The notes under the pieces are model-generated. The model was not told the DNA's origin and ran no database searches. It worked only from the letters and a program-made list of their open reading frames with translations. A stretch of 64,000 bases of DNA from Hormiphora californensis (Eukaryota; Animalia; Ctenophora): NCBI GenBank assembly GCA_020137815.1, contig CM035357.1, positions 5,394,001 through 5,458,000 of the forward strand, read 5' to 3'. Every line of letters begins with the position of its first letter. Position 1 is the first letter of the stretch. The position numbers were made by a program, and so were the translations under genes. Of the stretch, positions 28,701-40,700 are shown in pieces.

Positions 28701-31700
28701 CTCTAAACCGTTCCTAAGTGGCTATAGCCATATAGCCTAAAAACGGTTATGCGCAAACCTAATTATCCAATTATCTAATTAACCGGATGAGATAGAGACT
28801 TAATTCCAGCACCTACCCCCACTAATGCGAGGACGCTGATCACTTTAGTGCCCTCAGATTTGTCTCTACTCCTATTTTAAGAGGACTTATGGTTTTGGCC
28901 TCAGGCTGAAAATACAGGTACCCAATTATAGCCAATTACGACCCTTATCCCCCACTTCTGGGATGTAAACTTTTTTTTGGTGATAAAGGACCCCTTAGAC
29001 TACACTTTGGTGAAGAGAAACCTTTGCCCTTCCACTATGCAGGGTTCGTCAAAAATTTGACCCAGATTCCATGGATTAATAATTCTCTGTAGTAAAATTG
29101 CTTTCTGTAGCACTTTCATGGGGATCTGCAATACTGGAGTACCACGGAGAGTAGTTGCCGGTGTTCCACGGATTATTGTTGGTGTTCCAAGCGTTATTGT
29201 CGGTGTTCCAAGCATTATTGCTGTGGTACCAAGGAGTGCTGTGGGGCTGGTAGGGTGGTGATGTTGTTGAGGGACGGGAGAGAGGAGCCATTAACAAAGT
29301 AGACGGTATGGAAAATGTGAGGTCGGATTCCGAGATGCTGCTGATTTAGATGTCAGAACTAATTAGATCAGCTTCTAAAACTAACAGTTTAACTTTATTT
29401 TCTTAGAAATCGGTGGCTATAATACAAAGGCTAAAGATTTGAATCAACAAAACAGCCTATAAAAACAACCTAATTTACCATTGAAATAACATATGTCATA
29501 ACTGAGACATGTATTGTCATGCCAATTTTACGTCGAGAGAGGATGGTGTATAGAATTAAGATTGAGCAGGATGTAGAAGCACCGATGGAAAATACTGAAA
29601 TGACCCTGCTTAACCAGACTTCACCATACACCTTGTCGGCTGGTATCTTGTAATTATCGTTTGGCTCATTGTAAGCGGTTGAATTTGCTATAATGTTCTT
29701 CAACAACCAGGTGAACGGGTTCTCGGTGAATTGGTTCTCAGTGATTTGGTTCTCGGTGAACGGGTTCGGCCAGTCCTGTTCGGCCACGGATGGTAGTCGC
29801 CAGATGTCTGCATGTCAATACATGTCTTATCTGAACGCTAAAAGATGAGCTTCAAATAAGATAAATTTTATCGTAGTATGAAACTATGAAGGTTAAAGAA
29901 AGAGTCAACTATGGTATTATGTACTAAATAAAGTATTATAAGATGGTAACTACTCTTTGAGTAGTGCAACGATTCTCAATAATCATTCCTTGATTACTTT
30001 CGTTATTCGTAACTTTCGTAAAATGGAATCAGGAAATACCCCCACTAACTTACTCTCAGTAACTACATACTCACTACCGAGAGAGAAACAATATGTAAAG
30101 TCGGATTTTTTGAAACTGTCACCCCCAAATGACCGCGCATGTGAAATTTATCAGTTTTGACGCGCACACCACACGTTAACATGTGATGTGACGCGCAAAA
30201 ACATTCCACGCACGAAAAGGGGGGTGACAGTTTCAAAAAATCCGACTTTAATACCTAGTAACCAAGCTCAAATGTAACCGATGAGTTTTGTTAACTCAAA
30301 GTATCAGGATCAGGCTATTTCTGTATTTGAATGCGTATGAATGAAATATAAACATGTGATTAACAAAAGAATTGTTTAAGTGAGCGCATTGTGTGGATGA
30401 CTAACCATTGAAATAGCATAGCAAAGAACAGAGAGGAAAACCTCGAGAAACCCCCACAATCTCTTGATTATTGTATGGGATATGAGGCTGGACGTCAGGA
30501 AAACTCCCATTAGACACGGTGCAGAGAGGATCATTGATAACCAGAGACGATCGTAGGCAGGTTCGCTCGCATTTACCACTTTTGCTCCTACTCGAGCTAT
30601 TGTACCGGTGTAAGTGTATCCAGCTGCAGTGTTGGGAGGAGTGACGGTGGAGAAGACGTATGTCCATGATGTTGACCATTGAAACCAGAAATTGTCAAAT
30701 TTAGTAACAGTAGGAAAATTTATCCAATCTGTGAATGGGTTGAAAAGGGATTCTGCAATACGTGTTGAGTTCACCATAGATTCTGAAAACTCTGTTGGAA
30801 AAGTTGTCCCTCCGCGGGGCCATGTTGGAAAAGTTGTCCCTCCTCGGGGCCATGTTGGAGCCATTGATCAGCACAAAATTCGAAGGAGTCAGAAAGTGAG
30901 GAAAATGATATTTTGCTACATGATAAGTCTGCTAAATAGCTACTCTAGAGATAAGTGGGTGACGCATAAACACCTGGTACTCGTGGAACCTCTTAGCAAA
31001 ATCAACAATTTGATGGGAAATTTGTAAATTAGGCCCCACCATGGCGCATCTATTAGTTGTTAAAAGATAGAAACATTATTATCTAGTAATCTAAATTTAA
31101 AAGAGAGGAATAACCTACCATTGATAGCGTGTAGAACATAATTGAAAAATGCAACACCAGAAATCTCCTGAGTCTGGCCGTTAAAATGGTCCAGAGGAGA
31201 AGCAAAGAGGATCCGAAACAGAGAAGGATTGAAGGAAGGTTGGTTGACATTGATATCCACAACCGGGTGTAAGGTATATAGTTGTTCTGAAGATCTGGTA
31301 GTGGATCAATGTTGGTTGTCCTGAATATGGGTGGCACAAAAATATTGCGAAATCCCATGTCGGAGTGTGGGTTAATAAACCCGATCTCACTGTCAGTTGT
31401 GGTTGCTAGGGCGGTTTCTGGGGATGTGTAATAATAATCGGCCATTCTGACTCAACAAAGCAAGCGACGTGTTGTATATGAAATGTACAGCTGCTGAAGT
31501 ATGGTAGGCGTATACGCATAGAGGAAAACCGCCGTCGTCTAATTAATTTGCCTACAGGAAACTCACCATAAAAACGTTGTTTATAATATGTCTAGTGCAT
31601 GGATAATTTATTTTGATTGGAATTTTAGTTTGAAGAGGCCGTGTCATTCAAGTTAGAAGAGAAGATATATATTTACCAGATCATATCTCTGACGTGGATG

Positions 31701-34700
31701 ATTGTTATGTGATGTTGAAGCATTGAAAAGTATCGCGACCTGGCAGGATCCATGTGTGTTACTATGGAAACCCAACCAGGCTATCTGACTTCTGAGAATA
31801 TTAGTGAACAAGTTAAACACGCCTCAGAACACAGAAAATATTTTCATGTGCATGATTTTCAAATTTCAGCACACCCCAAACTATATAAATTACCTGCGAT
31901 GAAGCGTAAGACAAAACAGACAGATAAAGTTCCATAATATCCCTAAGTCGCTTCAGTATAATGTAGACGAGCAGTAAGGAAAACACGGCTATCCTCAATA
32001 AAGACGGTATACTGGTTACCATGGTAACCCACAGGGGAGACTGTACCGATCCCCATGCAGAAAATGCGTTTGGGATGTCGGGTGGCACCCCTGTAGTTGT
32101 GATGTTTGGAGGGATATAATCCTGACTCATTTTAATTTCTTGAGTCTGCCAGAAGGGTGTCAGATCTAACACGTCTGTAGAGGTGATGTTAGCAATAAGA
32201 CGCAAAGAAAGCAGCAAAGTACCGTCACACTATAGTGCACTTGTGTAAAGAGTAATGAGGAATAGTGAGGAATTGGCCGATAATTTACTTAGCATTTGTC
32301 CCACAAAGACTGATAACGCTACCGTGTGGGGCAATAAAAATGCCCCCACCCCCAAGTCTATCATAATTCCAGATATCGTGGAGCGCTAAAATTTGGTACA
32401 CTAACTCTATGAGACAAATAAATAACTTGACCAAAATTTAAGACCTCTAGCTCAAAATTCATTTTTTTGATCGGAATGAACATTGTCATTCATTCCAAGA
32501 AAAATATATTTTCGGTCCAGAATTCAAGCAATTATCTTTGGCTATCGATTAGAACCATGTACAGAATAGAATGAGACTTTGATGACAAGAAAGAAAAAGA
32601 AGAGAGAGTGAGAGAGATTGTTGTAAACGAGATACCGTGTAATGCACATCTTTCCGTGTGATCTCTGAACCATTGTTCAACTGTGAGGGACTGGGGTCGA
32701 CAATACAAATCAGTATTTTAGTAGGTGACAATAGAGACAAGATCAGAGACAGATAAATAAACAATCACGTGCTTTCTTATGACAATAGTTAGTTACAGCT
32801 ATTCAGTAATAAGACTGGGAATTGAACCAGGAACCTTGGGAGAGTCATAGGCTCGAAGCTAAATCACTAAGTAAAGCTACCATTGTTGAACCTACCATGG
32901 AAAGAGCGTACGCCAGAACAGATAGGTACAGCTCCATAATATCCCTCAGTCGCTTCAGTATAATGTATACGAGCAGTACCGAAAACACGGCTACACCCAA
33001 TATAGACGGTACACTGGTTACCATGGTAACCCACTGGAATCCTTTTTGCTGGGACTCCACCACAGATCCTACACCAGTATCACCAACTCCGGCCCAGTCT
33101 GATTGCAGCGATGGGAACGATTCCCATGCAGAAAATGGGTTTGGGATATCAGGCTGGGACGGCGTCTCCAAGATGTCGAGTTGTTTGTTTTCATAGATTG
33201 CAGTAAATGGGTTTGGGATTTCATTGTTATTATCCATTTCTTGAGACTCCGGCCGGTACTGTATCGCCTCGTGCAGCACAGTTGTAGAGGTGTATCTGAG
33301 AGGCAAGGAAAACGGCAAAGTACTGTTGTAGTGTTGTAAAGAATGATCTCCGACAAGGCAAAAGCTGACCACTGACAATTGTTGGTAGTGGATTTATTGT
33401 TAGTAACAATTACCAACAGGAAATTGGTAGGGTGAAGGAAATTGGGACAGACAGACAATAAAAAAGAGATATAAAGAGACGTCTGGATGGGTTGCATCAG
33501 ATTTAAATTTACTGCTCTTTTTCGTCAATTTTCTGGAAACGTGATCTAAAAAACGTGCTGTTCCTGAGTCAGGAAAATCAATTTAACTCTTTCAAAACCA
33601 GCGTCAGGAATCCTGAGGCTGGTTTTGAAAGAGTTAAATTGATTTTCCTGCTTCTGCGTGTTTAGAATAAGCCAATTATAAATAACAATACAACATGATG
33701 TTTGGAGTCTTTTCGGGTGATATTTGTATCTTACCTGCGATGAAGCGTAAGCCAGAACAGACAGATAAAGCTCCATAATATCCCTCAGTCGCTTCAGTAT
33801 AATGTAGACGAGCAGTAAGGAGAACACGGCTATCCCCAGTAAACACGGTATACTGGTTACTATGGTAACCCACTGGAATCCTTGGGACTCCTCCGCCTCC
33901 CCACTGTTGTTACCCCCTCCTGTCCAATTCAGTTGATGGGGGTAGGGACGGTGGGCTGTCATCTTTGTCATAGCCATCATCTCCACCATAGTTAGTAAAT
34001 GGGTTCGGGATTGCATCCCATTGTGTGGCGGTGGTCAACAAGAACGGTAGTGGTGGTGTTAAAGATTCATTCGTTTCAGGAGCCATATCTGGAAGTCAAA
34101 GACCGATCTGATCTGATTTATCTGGGAAGCAAAGAACAAAGTATAACGTTAGTGTAAAGAAGGATCTCGAAGAAAAGTTGGGAGATAATAATAAAGCAAG
34201 CAAAGCAAGTCCACACGGAATAATGCAAAAGTCGCAGTACTAATCGCCGTGGCGTCATGGTCCTTTCTATACAGACAATATAGTCGGGAGCCACCTGCAC
34301 CCCAAGGGTTGTGCTGTTACAATACAACCCAAGGGAACACAATTTATATCGATTACTAATTTATGTACTCGTGTCACTTTAGCAGCTCTCAAGATACAGA
34401 GTACTCCCTTTCTCAAGATACGGAGTGTCCTTTCTCAAGATACCCTGAGCTGTCTTACCGACAAGAGATACATCAAACACGACAGTCTGCGAGAGAAACA
34501 GCAAGACTCAGGAGAGTGGTATAGAAAGAAGAGGGACATGGTACCCAACCAATTTTAGCTGCTAACCACTAAACCACACCCCCAATTTATGTATTACTGA
34601 AAAAATATCTATGGTACAAAAATATCCACACGGGAGAGGATAAACCAGTATATAATATGTGTGAGAGAAAGAGGGAGAAAGAGAGAGAAAGCAATTATCA

Positions 34701-37700
34701 ACAGGAAGTTGGTAGGGCGAAGGAGAAAGTGAAAGAGTGAAGTGAAAGAGGAAAAATGCCCAACTTTGTAGTGTATTTTCTCACCATTGTCCAACTAAAC
34801 TAGGAGAAAAAGCATATTATATAGTTATGAAATTTAATCAAAGGAGAAACGCGTATACAAAGACCCTAGAAGAAGGTATGATCTGTTAGATAAACGTCTG
34901 AATGGTTAGCATAAAGTTAACTTTATTGCTTACTTTTGTTAGCTTTTTAAAAAAAATTACCTGTGAAGAAGCATACGCCAAAACAGATAGGTACAGCTCC
35001 ATAATATCTCTGAGGTGCTTCAGTATAATGTAGACGAGCAGTAAGGAGAACACGGCTATCCCCAATAAAGACGGTATACTGGTTACCATGGTAACCCAGA
35101 GGAATCCTTGGGACTCCTCCGCCTCCCCACTGCTGTTACCCCCTCCTGTCCAATTCATTGATGGAGGTAGGGACGACCCTCCTGTGTCGTCCCAGTCATA
35201 ATCTCCAGTAAATGGGTTCGGGACTACTTCCCACTGGGTGCTATGCCAGAACGGTAGCGGTATCGGTGGTGGCACAGTCGTAGAGACGTTCTTGTTAAGC
35301 GTCATCGGAGAGACAAAGAAAGCAGCAAAGTAACGATGCGCTTGCGTACAGTAGGATCTCTGCAAGGAGTTGAAAGATAATACTTAGCATCTATGAAGAG
35401 AGGACAACACCACACGAGAGAGGTGGTAAACTGCTGGGAGTTAACACGGGAGAGTCTTCAGAGAGAGGGGTATCAACAGGAAGCTGGGTTGAGGACGAAG
35501 AGGGAAAAGGAGAGATGTTGTGCACATCGCTCGGTGTGTTTTCTCACCTTTGTTTAACCGAACAGAAACAGCATATATATGATGCAATATGATAATAATA
35601 TTTTGGTTTTTGCTATACCGCAGAACAGTTAGCTGAACAGTTAGCCGAACAGTTAGCTGAATCTGACAGTGATGTACATCAGAGCGGTATGCCTCAATCA
35701 GAAACACAATCAACGGAGAAAAAATAGTAGCTAGCTTGTCTTGACTTACCGTGGAAAGAGCGTACACCAGGACTGCAAGGTAGATATCCCGAATATGGTT
35801 CAGACGATACAAAACTATATAAATTAGCAGGACAGCGAAGACCAAGATGCATAGCAATGCAGGTCCGCAAGTTGTCATAGTTATCCACTGTTTCTGGTAA
35901 GAACAATCCTCACATAACTCGACCATATAATCCGTAAATGGGTTGACAATCTCTTTCTCTCCACGACCAATCACAAGAATCATCGTCACTATCATGATCA
36001 TACGAAATTGTAGAAATATAATGCGAGGTAAAACGATCCTTTTGAATTTTACTGTTTTACATTGACTACCAAATCCTTGTGGAATAAATGACGGTGTGAG
36101 CCACACACAGGTTTTACAGGTCGATTAAGACAACGGAATTTAAACGTAACAATAAGTGAGAAACTGCCTTTACCAATACAATGTTTGAGCCAATATCGAA
36201 AGGAAAACAACACCTGTCGCCCCAATCCCCATCAAGTCTGGGGGTTATTAGAAGGGTGTGGGTGTGGTGATAGAGCCAACAAGTAAACAGAGATGGTGAT
36301 ATATCACATCATTAGACATCATGATATTTAATGATGTGACACCTGTTCAATACATCAAGGGCAATTAAGCATGTCCAAAGTGTAACCAATTAGGGTCAAA
36401 TTAACTCCTATTTCACAGCTATTGCGTACCGTTGAGGAAGCGTAGACGAGCATAGGAAAGTACACTTTAACGAAATTATCCGAGAGCCTCGTTATCGTGA
36501 TAAATATAATCAGGAAACAGGATGTCAACTGGATTGTCAATAACTGAGCACTTGTTACCGTGGTAACGAAAGTTTTGTTGTAGGAAGGAGCAATATCATC
36601 ATCAATATAGAGTTCGGTGAAGGGATTTGGAATCGGATCTGGATGGACACGGTTAGTTACCATATCTCTACCCTCGGCTGTCATGTATGAGGTATTCCAC
36701 CCTATCGGGGCTATAATAGGACGTGGTGGAATAGATTATATTGCAGACAGGGCCCACGACATGGAATTTTTCCAGAGGGGGCCGGTGCGGAGCACCGTAA
36801 TATTCGAAGTGCGCGACGACGGTGCTGCGAAGCGGAGCCGGAGGAGCAGCAGCAGGGTGTTCGGGGGCCGCAGGCCCCCAGTGGGGTCTAGGGGGCGAAG
36901 CCCCCGGAAAAATTTGATACTTTTTAGCCGATTTTCACTCATTTTAGACATTTAGAAGCCATCTTGAGAGAAAGAATACTGACTCTCCAGCTTCATTCTT
37001 TTTATGTATGACCTGTATCTCTTGAAGGGGGCAAAGCCCCCGGAAAAATTGAGATTTTTAACAGATTTTCATGCATTTTATGCATTTAGAAGTCCGACTT
37101 GAGAGTAAAAATATTGGCACTCACATTCTCTACAAAGTATATCAATTAAATTTCCAAATTTTGTAAATCCCAGGGGGGGGGGCAGCTGCCAGGCCCCACC
37201 TGGGGGCCCTGGCAGAGCGGTATCACCAAGAGATAAAGAGAGGGCAACTAGTAAATCTGTTTGTAAGGGAGCATGTAATAACACATTAAAATGAAATATG
37301 AATGCACCACCTGGTTAAATGTTTCTATTTAGTGAGATTGCGAGAAAAGTAACAAGTTGTGGGCTCAACTTTGAGTTGACGATCCTTCTGGTGCACCATG
37401 TCTCGCCAATCTAACAAGAATATTTGCACTATGTATCAATAGCGCTACATTTCCCTGCCCTTGGCCATGTGACACCCCATCACCCATGTACCATGACCCA
37501 ATGAGATTCTGAAACGTGAGACAGGACAGGCGAGGGGCTGCCTAATTAGGCTCTGTTTCTAGTCTATGCGATCTTAATTTAACTCATCTCATACCTAGTA
37601 ATCAATGCCAACAACTGAAGAGCGCTTTTGCGATGACGAAGACATGAAGAAAGATGAACGTTATTAATTTCAAACAGGAATGTGTGTGCGGATCTGCACG

Positions 37701-40700
37701 TACCTTGGAAAAGCAGTAGAGAGCAAAGTACCACTGAAATCAGGCGGTTTCCCAGCATTCCTCAAGTGATACTAGATAGAACACTCGTGATGAGGAGAAC
37801 TGCTAGTGATGGTACTCAAACCACCAGGGTCAACCATAGATCTGTCCACAAAGTTTCTAGAAAACTCTCACCTGATCCAGAATCAGTCCACCTGATCTAA
37901 GACAAGGGTTGGGTGCAAGGGCTTCCCTCCTAGTCGGTGTGCCATCATAATTTAGCTCCGGTCGTCCATTACCCCGGGTGTGGTTGAAACAAGGCAGGGG
38001 AGGTGAGGTAACGAAGTGACAACACAAGGATATGGGTATCCGTGTGTCGTCACTTCGTTACCTCACCCCCTACCTTGTTTCAACCTGATCTAGAATCAGT
38101 CCACCTGATCTAGAAAACTCTCATCTGATCCAGAATTAAAGACGGTCCACCCGATTCAGTAACGAGAACGGATTCTAGAATCCGGGTGTTGTCATGAATA
38201 TTAAATTTAGACAAAATACAATCATACTACTTACTAAGCAAATTGTGTGACAGAGATCACCTAGCAACTACACTTGCACGTGCAATTATTAGAGGGACCT
38301 GGAGACCTCTCTCCCGGTTGCAGTTGGGGACCAAGGGGAAATTCAATTCTGCACGTGCATTCTTTTACTCCTGTCCTGATGCCTAGCTCTTCCACCCCAA
38401 GCGCTATTCGGCAACGTTTATCTAGGTCCAGGAGAACTGCTGCTGTCAGGGAGCAGGCTAGAGAATATGACAGATTTCACCAACGTGTTCAAGCGAGCCA
38501 ATCAACGACTACTGATAGCTTTACCCAACGTCGCCCAAGGGTGATTACTCCAGTCGAATATAGAAATCTCCGAATCGGCTACATAGCGGCCAAGTTTTCA
38601 CGTGATGAGTTTCTGGAACAGCACTGCACCTCCCTGACATTGATCTCTTAAATTCGCACCTAGACATTGTCAGGAAGCCCAGAGCGTACAGCAACATGGG
38701 TAGTGAGAAAGTGAGAGATAGGCTAGGAACGGATGGTGCAGGTGATGTCAGCGTTCCCTAATCCAGCTACCATTTCCCCGAAATTCGCCCGTAGGGCGAA
38801 CGGGCCTACTAGTGTATTGGTATGCAGATTATATGATAGCGTAGTCGCAAAGTTACTAAAGTGCCCACTTTAGAAAACTTGTACTCTCCCATTTCCCGAC
38901 TCTCCGGTACCTAACTTACTCAGATGTAGACATTTTATGTTGTCTGTTGGAGAATTCCAGGTCCCATCCTCTTGGCATCTCAGGGATTCCACTCCCAGTA
39001 GAATGTGCTTCCGTTCACACTCAATCATGATAGATGTCCCTATGTCCGTATCATCCCAGGTCTGCTGTGTTGAACCATTGACAGAAAATCCAGGACAATC
39101 TGATATTGCAGCTGAAAATGGGGAGTACTAGGTGATTTGACACATGAAGATTGAAGATTGAGATAGTTCAGCCGAAAGCATCTTCAGGGTCAGCACACAC
39201 CTACAGCAAAGTTAAAATCAAATTTTAATTTTAAATCTAGACACACCAGCGCTGTTAAAAAATCCCCCTCCCTAGTCTCACAGTCACAATCTCGTGCACC
39301 ATTTTGTCATCCAAGGCCAATGCGAAATTTAACAGTGTTAAAATGGCACGCAAGATTGTGACTGTGAGAATAGAGGAGAGAATTTTTAACAGCCGCTGGT
39401 GTGTCTGGGTTTAAATTTAAAATTTTGATTTTAATTTTGCCGTAGGTGTGTGCTTACCCTTATCTTTATATCTATTAGTTTTTGATGGGATTGTTTTACC
39501 TCTATAGCTCTCTGATGCAGTGTCATATGAGAACTCTATGTTTCCAACCGTTTTTCCTCCCCACGTAGAGACGCAAAAACTTTGACTACTTTCAGAGAAC
39601 TTGAAGGTTAAAACTTGGGCATCATTGCAATGAATAATAATCGAGTCCTCGGTTTTTGTAAATTTCCATACTTTCTCACCCACTCGAGATGGCTGTACCG
39701 GAAGGTCTATTATATAAGACGTGCAAGAACTTATATAGTACTCAAATGTATTGTAGAAACCTACTAACACAATTCCTGTATATTCTTCTTCTGTGGTGTA
39801 CATCGTCAAGTCTATTCGTTCCCAACTACTGAGCTCAGAATCTGTTTTGATCTCCAGGGGATTACTCTCTAATTCCCAAGGAATCATTGACACTAAGTGT
39901 CACGGGTATCCAATCTGAAGAATTCAGTTGATATTTGTATAAAACATATGCATGTATCAAGCTATCCATGTAACATGTTACTCAAATTATTCAATGACTT
40001 ACCCGCGGCACTGGCATTGTAAAACAAAGCAATCTCCAAAAGGAGCGGAATCAAAAGATATCGCATTTTCAAGGGCAAGCGAAGTAACCCTGGCGTACTA
40101 GTGCTTTAGCAAAGTAGTATGTTTTAGCTCTCCTCTAGAGATCTCTGTCTCGTGCTAACATAATGAACCATTGTCCCTATTCGTGACGGGTTCCCTGTTA
40201 CTCCTGGCATCTCTTTTACTTATCTTCTTATATCTCTCTTACTCGCGTGATCTCTGTTTTAGAGAGCCGTGTGATTCACTTGGTTCTAAAAATACCCCAT
40301 CTCCCTTTCTCTGTGCCTACGCTAATACACGCGAGACCAGATTGGAGGTCCCCCAGTGGCCCCCACTCCAAGCATCTCCCTTTCCCTTTTCCTACATTTC
40401 TCAACCCTCTATCTACTCCATATAATAATCAGTATGATTGTCTGTCTGTACCACAATCACTAATATATCACTGACTATATCATCTTGACTGACCCATCTT
40501 CACTAATCCTAAATTTATTTCTAACATCTTCTCTCCTCCAGGTCAGGTGAGCTGGAGCAAAGTTCGATCTTATCCCGATACCAGATGGACGCCTTCATCC
40601 CCATGCTGCCTCTTGAGAGGAGACATGTCAAGATGTGTGCCGCTGAACTGGTAAATATTGAGGTTCATTCCTGTTATCATTAGTGTTATCAATAGTGTTA

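Larger units (their letters stand above)
25054..29078. mobile_element. Palindromic (foldback) non-autonomous DNA transposon of ~1 kb, carrying a LINE insertion
   Basis: Termini TAATCCATGGAAT...ATTCCATGGATTA. 25054-25506 is the reverse complement of ~28615-29078. 3-bp TSD ATA at 25051-25053 and 29079-29081. Confidence 0.88.
24718..29291 (-). pseudogene. GPCR variable exon V1 (29079-29291 plus 24718-25053), interrupted by a 4-kb transposon
   Basis: MAPLSRPST...NFTTENY joins in frame to TRHEIQNPF...QWVTMASS-TM1-LYSVLCYVCSM|gtaaat once 25054-29078 and one ATA copy are removed. Confidence 0.85.

Noticed and set aside
24718-36684. Reading the V exons as ten separate single-TM genes or ten complete GPCR genes
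   Set aside because: Homology stops exactly at a shared phase-0 GT donor in mid-TM2, and only one complementary TM2-TM7 exon is visible
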